In this document: positions 1-12,586 of the stretch, piece by piece
How positions within the stretch are numbered: position 1 is the stretch's first letter
Layout of the letters: each line of letters starts with the position of its first letter
NCBI GenBank assembly: GCA_964430785.1
Contig: CAYSFJ010000002.1
Location: forward strand, 1-54,410
Reading direction: 5' to 3'
DNA length: 54,410 nucleotides
Source: an uncultured Mycoplasma sp.
GTDB lineage: Bacteria; Bacillota_I; Bacilli_A; RF39; UBA660
Program-made: the position numbers and the translations under genes
Notes under the pieces: model-generated
The model's database searches: none
What the model was told of the DNA's origin: nothing
The model's input: only the letters and a program-made list of their open reading frames with translations

Positions 1-76
1 ATACATGCTAGGTAAATACTGGGTTTGTTGGGAATTTATATAATTATTTTTTTATTTATAATTTAACTAAAAAAAG

Positions 77-1981
77 CTAAGATAAATTTTTAGCTCTTGT
101 AAGATTTTTTTCATTAGTTAAATGATAATTAGTGATAAATCTATCATAGAAAATATTTTTTAATTCATAATCTTCATCAAATAAAATATCAAGTAAATAA
201 TCTTTTTTATCCTCGATTGGGATATCATTTGAAAGCATTAATATTTTTTTAATTAAGTCTTTATCTGTTACATTTTTTGAAAAATACTTTGATTTTTGTA
301 ATATTCTTGTAAATAAAATAATATTTAAATTAATATCTTCAAAATCAATTGTTCCATTGGGAATTCTAAGTTCTAAAGTATTTTTATCTAAAGAATATGC
401 ATTTTTTATATTTAGACTTGCATATCTACCTTTTTGAGCATTACCAAGTAAAGTAGCACATGTTTTTAAATCGTTTGTACCTGTTTGAATATATTTACCA
501 TATAAATTTATTATATTTTCTTTTATAAAGGGAGCATTTATTTTTGCACCTTCTCTTAAAACTGTACCTTTTTTATTAAACATATAAGATAATATTTCTT
601 CACAATTTAAATAAATATAATATAAGAATTGTAAATGAGTAATATTTTCTATATAATCAAATCCAAAATGAATATGTCCACCGCAATCATTTGTTGTTAT
701 AAAACCAAATTCATTTAAAAAATTACATATAAGTTTAAGTTTTTTCATATCATTTTCAGTATAGTTTAGAATTGGTGAAGTTATTTCAACACCGTTAAAA
801 ACTGTACCTTCTTTTTTTATATGCCATGTTTTAAATAAAGAGTTTACCGCAATATACGAAGTATTTAATTTATGAGAACACTCTAGTTCTAATCCTAAAG
901 TAATATGAGAATCAACATTTGAATTTAAATTTACTTCAATATTATTTAAATAATTATTAATATTTTTTTTATTCGAAGCAATTGCTTTTTTAATACCATT
1001 ATCATTTAATAAATTAACTAATTTTGCTTTTATTTTATCATCATTAACTGTTGTTAATAAATAAAATATCATATCCATGTAATTTTCATATGAAGTATGC
1101 ATTAATTTAAATAACTCATATTTTATTTCTTCATTTTTTACATTTTCAATAACTATTTTTTGTTCATCATATAATTTAAGATCTAAAAAATATCTAAATA
1201 ATAAATCAATATTATTTAGACTAGCAATTAATTTAAGTTTATAATTTGAATTACTCATAAAACTAATTTTTTCTTCATCTGTTAAAGTTTTTAAATATGC
1301 TAGTTTATAATTATTTGTTAAAACATTAAAATGCTCTTTAATAAAGTTTTTATTATCAGTGGATACAATAATTTCTGATATATATTGAGGATTTGTTAAT
1401 TTATCTAAAAAAATTAATTTATTATTAACATTTTTAAAATTTCTTAATATTAACATCAAGTTCATTTCATTTTCAATATTAATTTGTCTTAATATATTAA
1501 CTACTAAATCTTCATTTTCTATTCCTTTTAGTACAATAATTTTGCCTTTTGAAGGTAATTTATTTAATAATGAAATATAATTATTATCATCAATAAAATT
1601 TAATTTTAAAGTATCAAATACTAAAAAATGATTATTAAAAATTCTTGAATAAATATTTTCATCTAATAATACATTTATTTTATTTTCATCACTTTTAATG
1701 TTTTGTAAAATATAAACTATATCTTTATTTTTACATATATTTAAAAATAAAGGATTTGTTAATAATCTAGTTTTATATTCATCTTCGATTACTATAAATA
1801 ATTTAATATTATCATATAAATATAATAAAAACATTGTATCATTTAAAAGATTTGGATATTTTTCAAATATAATTTTAATAAGTATATCAAAAGATAAATC
1901 AAATATATTTTGGTTTTCAAAAGTATATGATTTATATAATTCTAAAGGAAACTTATTTTCTTTCATTATAGCACCCATCAA
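77..1981 (-). CDS. Large cytoplasmic protein. A ~350-aa Asn/Ile/Leu-rich helical N-terminal region is fused to a C-terminal amidoligase domain (Amidoligase_2, GCS2/glutamine-synthetase-like COOH-NH2 ligase).
   Basis: 634-aa ORF. The C-terminal half carries the motif series GLELECSH, WHIKKEGTVFNGVEITSPIL, CGGHIHFGFD and LELRIPNGT, typical of the putative amidoligase fold. No signal peptide or TM segment. The first codon in the track is TTG; an ATG at 1966 preceded by GGGTG is an alternative start. Confidence 0.55.
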   Translation of the reverse strand: MMGAIMKENKFPLELYKSYTFENQNIFDLSFDILIKIIFEKYPNLLNDTMFLLYLYDNIKLFIVIEDEYKTRLLTNPLFLNICKNKDIVYILQNIKSDENKINVLLDENIYSRIFNNHFLVFDTLKLNFIDDNNYISLLNKLPSKGKIIVLKGIENEDLVVNILRQINIENEMNLMLILRNFKNVNNKLIFLDKLTNPQYISEIIVSTDNKNFIKEHFNVLTNNYKLAYLKTLTDEEKISFMSNSNYKLKLIASLNNIDLLFRYFLDLKLYDEQKIVIENVKNEEIKYELFKLMHTSYENYMDMIFYLLTTVNDDKIKAKLVNLLNDNGIKKAIASNKKNINNYLNNIEVNLNSNVDSHITLGLELECSHKLNTSYIAVNSLFKTWHIKKEGTVFNGVEITSPILNYTENDMKKLKLICNFLNEFGFITTNDCGGHIHFGFDYIENITHLQFLYYIYLNCEEILSYMFNKKGTVLREGAKINAPFIKENIINLYGKYIQTGTNDLKTCATLLGNAQKGRYASLNIKNAYSLDKNTLELRIPNGTIDFEDINLNIILFTRILQKSKYFSKNVTDKDLIKKILMLSNDIPIEDKKDYLLDILFDEDYELKNIFYDRFITNYHLTNEKNLTRAKNLS

Positions 1982-2038
1982 TTAATATATATTATATTCT
2001 CATGCATAAGTAATGTCAAATAATAAAAAATATTTCAA

Positions 2039-2749
2039 TTAAGAAATATTTTCACATTTAGTTTTTTTAGCATATATATATCCACTTAAGGATTCATTTT
2101 CCATATTTGCTTGATGAGAAATTAAATTATAAAATTTTAATTCAAAAGTAAATGTATTTGTTACTTTAGTTCCTTCGCTTATAATTGTGGCATTTTCTAC
2201 TAAAACATTCATAGGATTTCCATCATCACTTTTTGACCAAGTGTTATTATAATCAAAATTTTTTTCAGTTAAATAATTATTTGTTCCTGATGGTGCTGTA
2301 ACTATCATGGTAAGTTCTTTTGAAGCAATAGTACCATCAATCTTTGTTGCTTCAAGATATTTTTCATCCGTCTCATTTACTTTTCCATATACTTTTGAAG
2401 AAGAATCATATTCAAAAATTATGTCATATGTACACTTTGTTTTAATACTAGTTGAGGCAGAATCTAAACTTACATTAAATGTTGAATTTGCCATTGCGGC
2501 AACTTCATTATTTGCATTTGCCTCACTCATATTAGCCGGAGGTATTTCTAAACTTAAAGATGCCTTTTCACTTGTAAAAACACTTGCAACTCCTTGTTCT
2601 GTTGTAATATTAACATGTACCTTATTACTTGTATCTGCAGTAAATGAGCCAAAATATGCATAAGTACTTGCAACAACAAAAGCTAAGAAAAGGATTATTG
2701 AAACTATAATAACTATAAAATCTTTATTTGTTAAACTATAATTTTTCAT
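2039..2749 (-). CDS. Secreted protein with a SipW-cognate (TasA/camelysin-type) signal peptide
   Basis: 236 aa. N-terminal hydrophobic segment ends in ASTYAYFGSFTAD, matching the TYAYF(S/N)D signature of SipW-dependent signal peptides. Strong SD (AAGGAGAGG) before the ATG. The mature part is Ser/Thr/Asn-rich and beta-like. Confidence 0.5.
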   Translation of the reverse strand: MKNYSLTNKDFIVIIVSIILFLAFVVASTYAYFGSFTADTSNKVHVNITTEQGVASVFTSEKASLSLEIPPANMSEANANNEVAAMANSTFNVSLDSASTSIKTKCTYDIIFEYDSSSKVYGKVNETDEKYLEATKIDGTIASKELTMIVTAPSGTNNYLTEKNFDYNNTWSKSDDGNPMNVLVENATIISEGTKVTNTFTFELKFYNLISHQANMENESLSGYIYAKKTKCENIS

Positions 2750-2877
2750 TGACCTCTCCTTATCATACTTTTAATATATCAAATTTTATATTTTTTTTCA
2801 ATTACTTTGAAACTATTTTTATTTTTTAATAAAATTTTAATCTATAGTTAATATATTTAAAATTAATAAAAAAAGAA

Positions 2878-4101
2878 CTATTTTGTTCCTAAAAAATAAT
2901 TCTTTTTCCCTTTTTTAAGTAATAATACTTTTTCCTCAATTAAATCATTATTATTAATTATTTTATCTAAATTAGTTTCTTTATTACCATTTATTGTAAT
3001 CGCACCAGCACTAACCATTTCTCTTGCTTCACGTTTACTTGAACATATTTTACCCCTTACAAGCATATCTAAAATATTCTCGTTTTCACAAACTTTAAAA
3101 TGTGGTACATCTTTAAATTCATTTAAAAGAATTTCTGCTCCTAATGAAGAAATATCACCATTAAATAGTGCATTTGCTTGTTTTATTGCATCTTCATAAG
3201 CCTCTTTGCCATGAATAAATGTAATAACCTCTTTAGCAAGTGTTTTATGAGCAAGTCTTTCTTCTGGATGAGCATTATGTTTCTTTTCAATATCCTCGAT
3301 ATCCTCTTTAGAAAGAAATGTAAATTTTTTTAAATAATCAATTACCATTGAATCCTCTACATTTACAAAAAATTGATACATTTCATATGGAGTTGTTTTA
3401 TTTTTATCAAGCCAAATTGCCTTACCTTCAGTTTTACCAAACTTAGTACCATCACTTTTTGTAATAAGGGGCATTGTAAAACCAAAAGCCTCTTTACCAT
3501 CTTTTTTTCTAATAAGTTCTATACCTGCGGTTATATTTCCCCATTGATCTTGACCAGCAACTTGCATAGTAACTCCTCTTTCGTTATATAGATGTTCAAA
3601 GTCCATTGCTTGCATAATCATATAGGAAAATTCTGTATAAGTGATACCAGAATCTAATCTACGTTTAATGATATCTTTATCAAGCATATAACCAATACTA
3701 AAATATTTACCATAATCTCTTAAAAAATCTATAAAATTAATGTTTTTTAACCAATCATAGTTATTAACTACTTCAAAACCAAAAATATCTTTTGCTTGTT
3801 TTGTTAAACATTCTACATTGTGATTAACTTCTTCATAAGATATCATTGCTCTTTCTGCAGTTGGTTTTGGATCGCCAATTAATCCTGTTCCACCACCCAC
3901 TAAAAGTATTGGATTATGCCCAGCTTTTTTTAGTCTTGTTGCAATTAAAAATGATGAAAAGTGACCAATATGCATACTATCTCCAGTTGGATCAGTACCA
4001 ATATAAAAAGTCATACCACCTTTATTTAATTTTTCTTTAAGTTCCATGGAGGATATATCTTTTATTAAACCTCTCCATTCTAAATCTTCATAAATACCCA
4101 T
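2878..4101 (-). CDS. tyrS: Tyrosine--tRNA ligase
   Basis: HIGH motif (GDSMHIGH), KMSKS-type KFGKT, and a C-terminal S4-like domain. Start moved to ATG 4101 (MGIYEDLEWRGL), which has an upstream AAAGGA. The 21 extra codons of the track ORF overlap the T-box terminator. Confidence 0.95.
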   Translation of the reverse strand: MGIYEDLEWRGLIKDISSMELKEKLNKGGMTFYIGTDPTGDSMHIGHFSSFLIATRLKKAGHNPILLVGGGTGLIGDPKPTAERAMISYEEVNHNVECLTKQAKDIFGFEVVNNYDWLKNINFIDFLRDYGKYFSIGYMLDKDIIKRRLDSGITYTEFSYMIMQAMDFEHLYNERGVTMQVAGQDQWGNITAGIELIRKKDGKEAFGFTMPLITKSDGTKFGKTEGKAIWLDKNKTTPYEMYQFFVNVEDSMVIDYLKKFTFLSKEDIEDIEKKHNAHPEERLAHKTLAKEVITFIHGKEAYEDAIKQANALFNGDISSLGAEILLNEFKDVPHFKVCENENILDMLVRGKICSSKREAREMVSAGAITINGNKETNLDKIINNNDLIEEKVLLLKKGKKNYFLGTK

Positions 4102-4257
4102 TTTTACCATCCTTTCAAAATAAAAACTCCATAAACATAGGGACGAGTTTTCTCGCGGTACCACCCTATTTCATGAAGTTAATCATACATCTTTATTCTT
4201 TATCGCTGAACTAGCGTTTTAACATCCGAAGGTTGTAAAGCTTCATCTCTTGTTAAC
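4102..4257 (-). promoter_or_regulatory. T-box leader (tyrosine specifier UAC) controlling tyrS
   Basis: On the minus strand I see an AGAGA box, a single UAC triplet followed by A (plus coordinates 4235-4237), and the conserved T-box core AAUAGGGUGGUACCGCG (plus coordinates 4154-4166). A terminator follows (CGAG-AAAA-CUCG extended by AUAGGG/CCCUAU) with a U-rich tract before the SD. Confidence 0.85.
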
Positions 4258-4263
4258 AATGTT

Positions 4264-4292
4264 ATTGTAGCATAGTTTTTCAGAACAATCAA
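4264..4292 (-). promoter_or_regulatory. Sigma-A-type promoter for the tyrS leader
   Basis: TTGATT, 17 nt, TACAAT read on the minus strand, immediately downstream of the ldh stop codon. Confidence 0.6.
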
Positions 4293-4302
4293 TGCAATTT
4301 TT

Positions 4303-5211
4303 TTATAAATCGACCTTTTTTATAGCGTCTTTTAAAGCATAAATTGAATTAATAAGTTTTTGAGTTTCATTTTTATCAAGTTCAATATACATTTTTTTAC
4401 TTGCACCATTTTTATTAACTATTGTAGGTACTCCAAAAAACACATCATTTTCTTTATCATAACTAGAGACTGTAATAATAGAATTTTCATTATTTAAAAT
4501 AGCATTAGTTATTCTTGTTAAACACATTGCAACGCCATAGTAGGTAGCACCTTTTTTATTTATTATTTCATAAGCTGCATTTTTTACATCATTTTCAATA
4601 CTTTCTTTATCTTTTTCAGATAAATATTTATCAATTTTTTCACTACCTACAAGTGCTGATGACCATAAAGTAAATTCACTATCACCATGTTCACCAATAA
4701 CATATGCATTAATATCTTTTGGATTAACCCCTACTTTTTCACTAATTAAAAATCTAAGTCTTGCAGTATCTAAACTTGTACCTGTTCCAATTACTTTATT
4801 TGCATCAAAACCAGAATATTTAAATGTTAAATATGTCATTATATCAAGTGGATTCGTAGCTATTAAGAAATATCCATTAAACCCTGATTTCATAACATTT
4901 GTAATAATTTCTTTAAAAATTTTTGCATTTTTATAAATTAAATCCATTCTTGTTTCACCAGGATTTTGGTTAGCACCTGCAGCAATAACAATAATTTTTG
5001 CATCTTTACAATCATCATAAGTTCCTACTTTAATATCTATTTTTGAAGGAGAAAAAGCAAGACAATGATTTAAATCCATTACTTCTCCAATAATTTTATC
5101 TTGATTTACATCAATTAAAACAAGTTCATTTACAAAAGAACTTTGATTTAAAAGACTATATGCATAGCTCATTCCTACATTTCCACATCCAATTATTACT
5201 ATTTTATTCAT
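4303..5211 (-). CDS. ldh: L-lactate dehydrogenase
   Basis: N-terminal Rossmann motif IGCGNVG. Catalytic-loop motif IGEHGDSE. Length 302 aa. Confidence 0.9.
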   Translation of the reverse strand: MNKIVIIGCGNVGMSYAYSLLNQSSFVNELVLIDVNQDKIIGEVMDLNHCLAFSPSKIDIKVGTYDDCKDAKIIVIAAGANQNPGETRMDLIYKNAKIFKEIITNVMKSGFNGYFLIATNPLDIMTYLTFKYSGFDANKVIGTGTSLDTARLRFLISEKVGVNPKDINAYVIGEHGDSEFTLWSSALVGSEKIDKYLSEKDKESIENDVKNAAYEIINKKGATYYGVAMCLTRITNAILNNENSIITVSSYDKENDVFFGVPTIVNKNGASKKMYIELDKNETQKLINSIYALKDAIKKVDL

Positions 5212-5251
5212 ATATACCTACCTATAGACAATAGTATAGCATATTTTTTTA

Positions 5252-6583
5252 TTAGATTAAATTATTATTTAAAAAGTTTACAACCTCAATTAAATTCATT
5301 GAATGTGATCCTTTTACCAAAATAGTATCCTTTTCTTTTAAAATAGAATTTAGACTATTTATTAACTTATCATTATTTTCAAAATAATAAACTTGTTTAC
5401 CACTATATTTAAGTATTTCATAAGTATATTTAGAAAGCTTTCCTACACACATAATCATATCTATTTTATTTTCTATTATACTTTCTGCAACTTCTTCATG
5501 AATTTTTTTTGCATAATTATCTGCTTCAAGAATATCCGCAAAAATAAATACTTTTCTTCCTAAGACTTTACTTAAAAGTCCTAAAGAATTTTTAACAGAA
5601 TCCAAACTTGCATTATAAGTATCATCAATTATAGTATATTTATTTGTTTCAAACTTTTCTAATCTATGAGGACTTAATTTAAAGTTTTTTAAAGCAAGAT
5701 TAATATCATTTTCAGGAACATTTAAATGTATCCCAACTCCATAAGCAAATAAAGCATTATATATATAAGCATTACTTCCAACGTTTAATTTTATATCATT
5801 ATTATTAATCTTAAATTGTGATGAAAAAGCATTTTCTTTTATATCAGTAGCCATAAAATCACTACTATTTTCTATACCTATTGTTACTAAATTATCATAT
5901 TTTACCTTTTGAAGCATATCATTATCATTATTGATAAATAACTTACCGCCATTCATTCCATCAAGAACTTCAAGTTTTGCTTTTAAAATATTTTCTCTAC
6001 TTCCAAGATTTCCAATATGTGCAGACCCAACATTAGTAATAACTGCCATCGTAGGTTTTGCTATTTTAGATAAATATGATATTTCTTTTAAATGATTCAT
6101 ACCCATTTCTACAATTAAAGCATTATGATTTTTTAAACCTAAAATAGTAAGTGGTACGCCAATATTATTATTAAAATTTTCTTTTGTACATAAAACATTG
6201 TATTTCATTTTTAATACTTCATAAATCATATCTTTAACCGTGGTTTTTCCTACACTACCAGTTACTGCAATAACTGGAATATCATATAAATTTCTTTTGT
6301 AAGATGCTAAAGTTCCAAGTGCTAAAACACAGTTTCCTACAATTATAATAGTACCAAGTTTTTCATTAATAATATTCTCATTATCTAAAATACATACACT
6401 TGCACCTTTTTTTATAGCTTCTTTATAAAATAAATTACCATCAAAATTTTCTCCCTTAATACCAATATAAACATCATTAGGATTTATAGTTCTTGTATCC
6501 TTAGAAAAATTTTCACATAATATATTTTCATCCCCACATAAAAGTTTTCCATTACATATTTTTAATATTTCTTTAACAGTCAT
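5252..6583 (-). CDS. murF: UDP-N-acetylmuramoyl-tripeptide--D-alanyl-D-alanine ligase
   Basis: Mur-ligase P-loop TGSVGKTT and MurF-type N-terminus (ILKICNGKLL ... SKDTR). Start moved to ATG 6583, which has SD GAGGG 7 nt upstream. Confidence 0.9.
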   Translation of the reverse strand: MTVKEILKICNGKLLCGDENILCENFSKDTRTINPNDVYIGIKGENFDGNLFYKEAIKKGASVCILDNENIINEKLGTIIIVGNCVLALGTLASYKRNLYDIPVIAVTGSVGKTTVKDMIYEVLKMKYNVLCTKENFNNNIGVPLTILGLKNHNALIVEMGMNHLKEISYLSKIAKPTMAVITNVGSAHIGNLGSRENILKAKLEVLDGMNGGKLFINNDNDMLQKVKYDNLVTIGIENSSDFMATDIKENAFSSQFKINNNDIKLNVGSNAYIYNALFAYGVGIHLNVPENDINLALKNFKLSPHRLEKFETNKYTIIDDTYNASLDSVKNSLGLLSKVLGRKVFIFADILEADNYAKKIHEEVAESIIENKIDMIMCVGKLSKYTYEILKYSGKQVYYFENNDKLINSLNSILKEKDTILVKGSHSMNLIEVVNFLNNNLI

Positions 6584-6625
6584 AACGTTTCCCTCTTTCA
6601 CAAATATTATAGCATATTTTCAAAT

Positions 6626-6654
6626 AAAAAAATGTAAAATAAAATTACATTTTT
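6626..6654 (-). terminator. Rho-independent terminator after pflA
   Basis: Stem AAATGTAA/TTACATTT followed by a T-run on the minus strand. Confidence 0.6.
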
Positions 6655-6692
6655 CCACATTATATATATTTTTTATAAATTTTAATTAATTT

Positions 6693-7406
6693 TTAAATCG
6701 CCATAAAATATTTATAAAGTTTATCACATTTTTCCTTATCCATTGCTTTTACATTTTTAAATGGATTATCAATATTATGTTCATTGTATTTTGAAAAACC
6801 CATAGTATGAAATGGTAAAAATTCTATTTTAATAACATTATTTATTTTAGAAATATATTTTTTTAAATCAATCATGTATTCTTTAGTATCATTAAAATTA
6901 GGAACAATTACCACTCTTATAATAACTTTTGTATTAATTTTATTAAGATTATTTATAAAGTTTTCAACAATATCAATATTACCACTTGTTAAATAATTAA
7001 ATTTATCAGGATAAATTGATTTTATATCAAGAAGTATATAATCAAACATTTTAAGTAATTTTAAATTAACACTACTTACATAACCAGATGTATCTAAAGC
7101 CATATTAATACCCTCTTTTTTTAATCTTTTAGTAATTTTAAATAGAGCATTTTGTGATAAAAGTGGTTCACCTCCAGAAAATGTTACTCCTCCACCACTA
7201 TTATAATATGGCTTATTATTTAATATGTTTTCTATTAATTTTGAATAACTAATATTTACTTTATTAATTTCTTTTTGCATTTCAGGATTATGACAAAATT
7301 TACATCTTAATGGACAATTATTAAAAAATATAACGGTTCTTATTCCTGGCCCATCAACACAAGAAAAACTTTCTATTTTTGATATTGATAACTTAGAGTT
7401 TTTCAT
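6693..7406 (-). CDS. pflA: Pyruvate formate-lyase activating enzyme (radical SAM)
   Basis: [10 protein letters not shown] (CxxxCxxC) and [10 protein letters not shown]. Likely ATG at 7406 overlaps the pflB stop codon by 14 nt. Confidence 0.9.
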   Translation of the reverse strand: MKNSKLSISKIESFSCVDGPGIRTVIFFNNCPLRCKFCHNPEMQKEINKVNISYSKLIENILNNKPYYNSGGGVTFSGGEPLLSQNALFKITKRLKKEGINMALDTSGYVSSVNLKLLKMFDYILLDIKSIYPDKFNYLTSGNIDIVENFINNLNKINTKVIIRVVIVPNFNDTKEYMIDLKKYISKINNVIKIEFLPFHTMGFSKYNEHNIDNPFKNVKAMDKEKCDKLYKYFMAI

Positions 7407-9615
7407 GGAAAGTCCTAGATATAACTTCAAGTTGTTGTTCTTTAGTAAGTCTATTAAATCTTACTGCATATCCAGATACTCTTATCGTTAAAAGAGGATA
7501 TTTTTCTGGATGATTCATTGCATCAATTAAGGTCTCTTTATTTAAAACATTTACATTTAAATGATGACCATTTTTTGTAAAATAACCATCAAGTAAAGTT
7601 ACTAAATTATTAATTTTTTCATCATCATCTTTACCTAAACTATCAGGAATAATAGTAAATGTATTTGATACTCCATCAAGAGCATATTTTTGATAATCTA
7701 TTTTTGCTACTGAATTTAAAGAGGCTATTGCACCATTTTTATCTCTTTCATGCATTGGATTAGCGCCAGGAGCAAATGGTTGACCTTTCTTTCTACCATC
7801 AGGTGTACTTCCAGTATTTTTTCCATACACAATATTTGAAGTTATAGTTAATATTGACATTGTAGCTGTAGCATTTTTATATGTTTTTATCTTCTTAAGT
7901 TCATTAAAAAAGTAATTTAAAATATCTGTAGCAATGCTATCAACTCTATCATCATCATTTCCATATTTTGGATAATCGCCCTCAATAGTAAAATCAACAG
8001 CAATACCATTTTCATCTCTTATTGGTTTTACTTTAGCATATTTTATTGCAGATAAACTATCGGCCGCAACTGAAAGACCAGCAACACCATAAGCCATTAA
8101 ATGATTAACATTAGTGTCATGAAGAGCCATCATAACACTTTCATAAGCATATTTATCATGCATATAATGAATTATATTCATTGTATTTGCATAAAGATTT
8201 GCTACTTTAGATAAAACTAAATAAAAACTTTTTAAAACTGTGTTATAATTTAAAACCTTTTCATTATTTTTAGTAATACCATCAAAAACTTTTACATTTT
8301 CTATTTCATCAATACCACCATTAATTGCATATAAAAGTGCTTTAGCAATATTACACCTTGCTCCAAAAAATTGCATATCTTTACCAAGTCTCATTGCAGA
8401 AACGCAACATGCAATACCGTAATCATGGCCAAATATTTTACTCATTAAATCATCATTTTCATATTGAATTGAATCTGTCTTAATAGAAATATTTGAACAA
8501 TATTTTTTAAAATTAATAGGTAAATTTTTACTATATAAAATTGTTATATTTGGTTCTGGTGCTGGTCCTAAATTTTCAAGAGTATGAATAATACGATAAC
8601 TTGTTTTTGTAACAAATGATTTCTTACCACACATTCCTGCGATAGAACATGTTACCCAAGTTGGATCACCAGAGAAAAGTTCATCATATTCTGGTGTTCT
8701 TAAATGTCTTACAAGTCTTAATTTAATAACGAAATTATCGATTATTTCTTGAATCATACTTTCAGTAATAGTTTTATCTTTTAAATCTTTTTCAAAATAA
8801 ATATCAAAAAAAGCATCAACTCTACCTAAACTCATCGCAGCACCATTATTTTCCTTAACTGCTGCTAAATAACCAAAATAAGTCCATTGTACAGCTTCAC
8901 GACTATTTTGTGCTGGAACAGAAATATCAAAACCATAACTTTTAGCCATTAAAGTTAATTCTTCCAATGCTTTTATTTGCATGCTTATCTCTTCGGAAAG
9001 TCTAATAATATCATCACTCATATTATTTGAAAGATTTTTCTTATCTTCTTTTTTACATTTTATTAAATAATCTGTTCCATATAAAGCAATACGACGATAA
9101 TCACCAATAATTCTTCCTCTTCCATAACTATCTGGAAGTCCAGTTAATAAATGCACATGTCTTGCAAGTTTCATTTCATCGGTATATGCATCAAATACAC
9201 CATCATTATGTGTTTTTCTAAACTCTTTAAAATATTTATCAATATTTTCATCAAGTTTATAATTATATGATGCAAGTTCACTATAAACCATTCTTATTCC
9301 ACCATAAGGATTAATCATTCTTTTTAATGGTTTATCTGTTTGAAGCCCAACGATTACATCATCTTTGCTACATATATATCCAGGTAAAAAATTATTAATA
9401 CCACTTACTTTTGAAGTTTCAATATCTAAAACTTTCTTTTTTAATTCCTCTTTTAATAAAGTATTTACCTTTTCCATTAGAAAGTTAGTTTTATCAGTGG
9501 GTTTACATAAAAAACTTTCATCTGATAAATATTCTTTATAATTTAATTCAATAAAATTTTCTACATCAATTGAATCACACCATTTCCCCTTTATAAATTC
9601 ATCATAATATTTCAT
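7393..9615 (-). CDS. pflB: Formate C-acetyltransferase (pyruvate formate-lyase)
   Basis: 740 aa. Active-site IACCVSAM. Glycyl-radical motif RVSGYAVRF near the C-terminus. Confidence 0.95.
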   Translation of the reverse strand: MKYYDEFIKGKWCDSIDVENFIELNYKEYLSDESFLCKPTDKTNFLMEKVNTLLKEELKKKVLDIETSKVSGINNFLPGYICSKDDVIVGLQTDKPLKRMINPYGGIRMVYSELASYNYKLDENIDKYFKEFRKTHNDGVFDAYTDEMKLARHVHLLTGLPDSYGRGRIIGDYRRIALYGTDYLIKCKKEDKKNLSNNMSDDIIRLSEEISMQIKALEELTLMAKSYGFDISVPAQNSREAVQWTYFGYLAAVKENNGAAMSLGRVDAFFDIYFEKDLKDKTITESMIQEIIDNFVIKLRLVRHLRTPEYDELFSGDPTWVTCSIAGMCGKKSFVTKTSYRIIHTLENLGPAPEPNITILYSKNLPINFKKYCSNISIKTDSIQYENDDLMSKIFGHDYGIACCVSAMRLGKDMQFFGARCNIAKALLYAINGGIDEIENVKVFDGITKNNEKVLNYNTVLKSFYLVLSKVANLYANTMNIIHYMHDKYAYESVMMALHDTNVNHLMAYGVAGLSVAADSLSAIKYAKVKPIRDENGIAVDFTIEGDYPKYGNDDDRVDSIATDILNYFFNELKKIKTYKNATATMSILTITSNIVYGKNTGSTPDGRKKGQPFAPGANPMHERDKNGAIASLNSVAKIDYQKYALDGVSNTFTIIPDSLGKDDDEKINNLVTLLDGYFTKNGHHLNVNVLNKETLIDAMNHPEKYPLLTIRVSGYAVRFNRLTKEQQLEVISRTFHEKL

Positions 9616-9664
9616 TCAATCACTCCTAGCATTAATAATATTATCATATATTTATAATATATCT

Positions 9665-9680
9665 TGTTGCAACTGCAACA
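9665..9680. promoter_or_regulatory. Perfect 7-2-7 inverted repeat TGTTGCA-AC-TGCAACA in the pflB promoter region (candidate operator)
   Basis: Read directly from the sequence. On the minus strand it overlaps possible -35 hexamers (TTGCAG/TTGCAA) about 50 nt upstream of the pflB ATG. Confidence 0.4.
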
Positions 9681-9731
9681 TATTTACTTTTTTTATGTAA
9701 ACTAAAAAAAATAATATCTTCATACTATTTT

Positions 9732-12585
<2,854 letters not shown>

Positions 12586-12586
12586 A

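Noticed and set aside
2307-2663. Track ORFs lying antisense inside longer, well-supported genes. Coordinates: 2307-2663, 3373-3591, 3846-4040, 12678-12881, 12933-13178, 15454-15663, 18336-18587, 18955-19164, 22016-22279, 27406-27651, 37136-37363, 44539-44964, 46580-46900, 46975-47193, 47537-47857, 48748-49038, 53027-53290 and 53397-53585.
   Set aside because: Each is fully embedded opposite a gene with clear family motifs. Their translations are low-complexity Ser/Leu/Phe/Ile strings typical of shadow frames in AT-rich DNA, and none has an SD.
2874-2892. GAAC-N6-GTTC near the tyrS stop codon as a LexA (Cheo) box
   Set aside because: The Cheo box needs GAAC-N4-GTTC, so the spacing here is wrong. 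The site lies at a gene end, where it more likely forms a weak terminator stem.
4102-4164. N-terminal 21-codon extension of the tyrS track ORF (MVPRENSSLCLWSFYFERMVK)
   Set aside because: This stretch is the T-box core and terminator (GGGTGGTACCGCGAG...). The conserved TyrS N-terminus begins at the ATG at 4101, which has its own SD.
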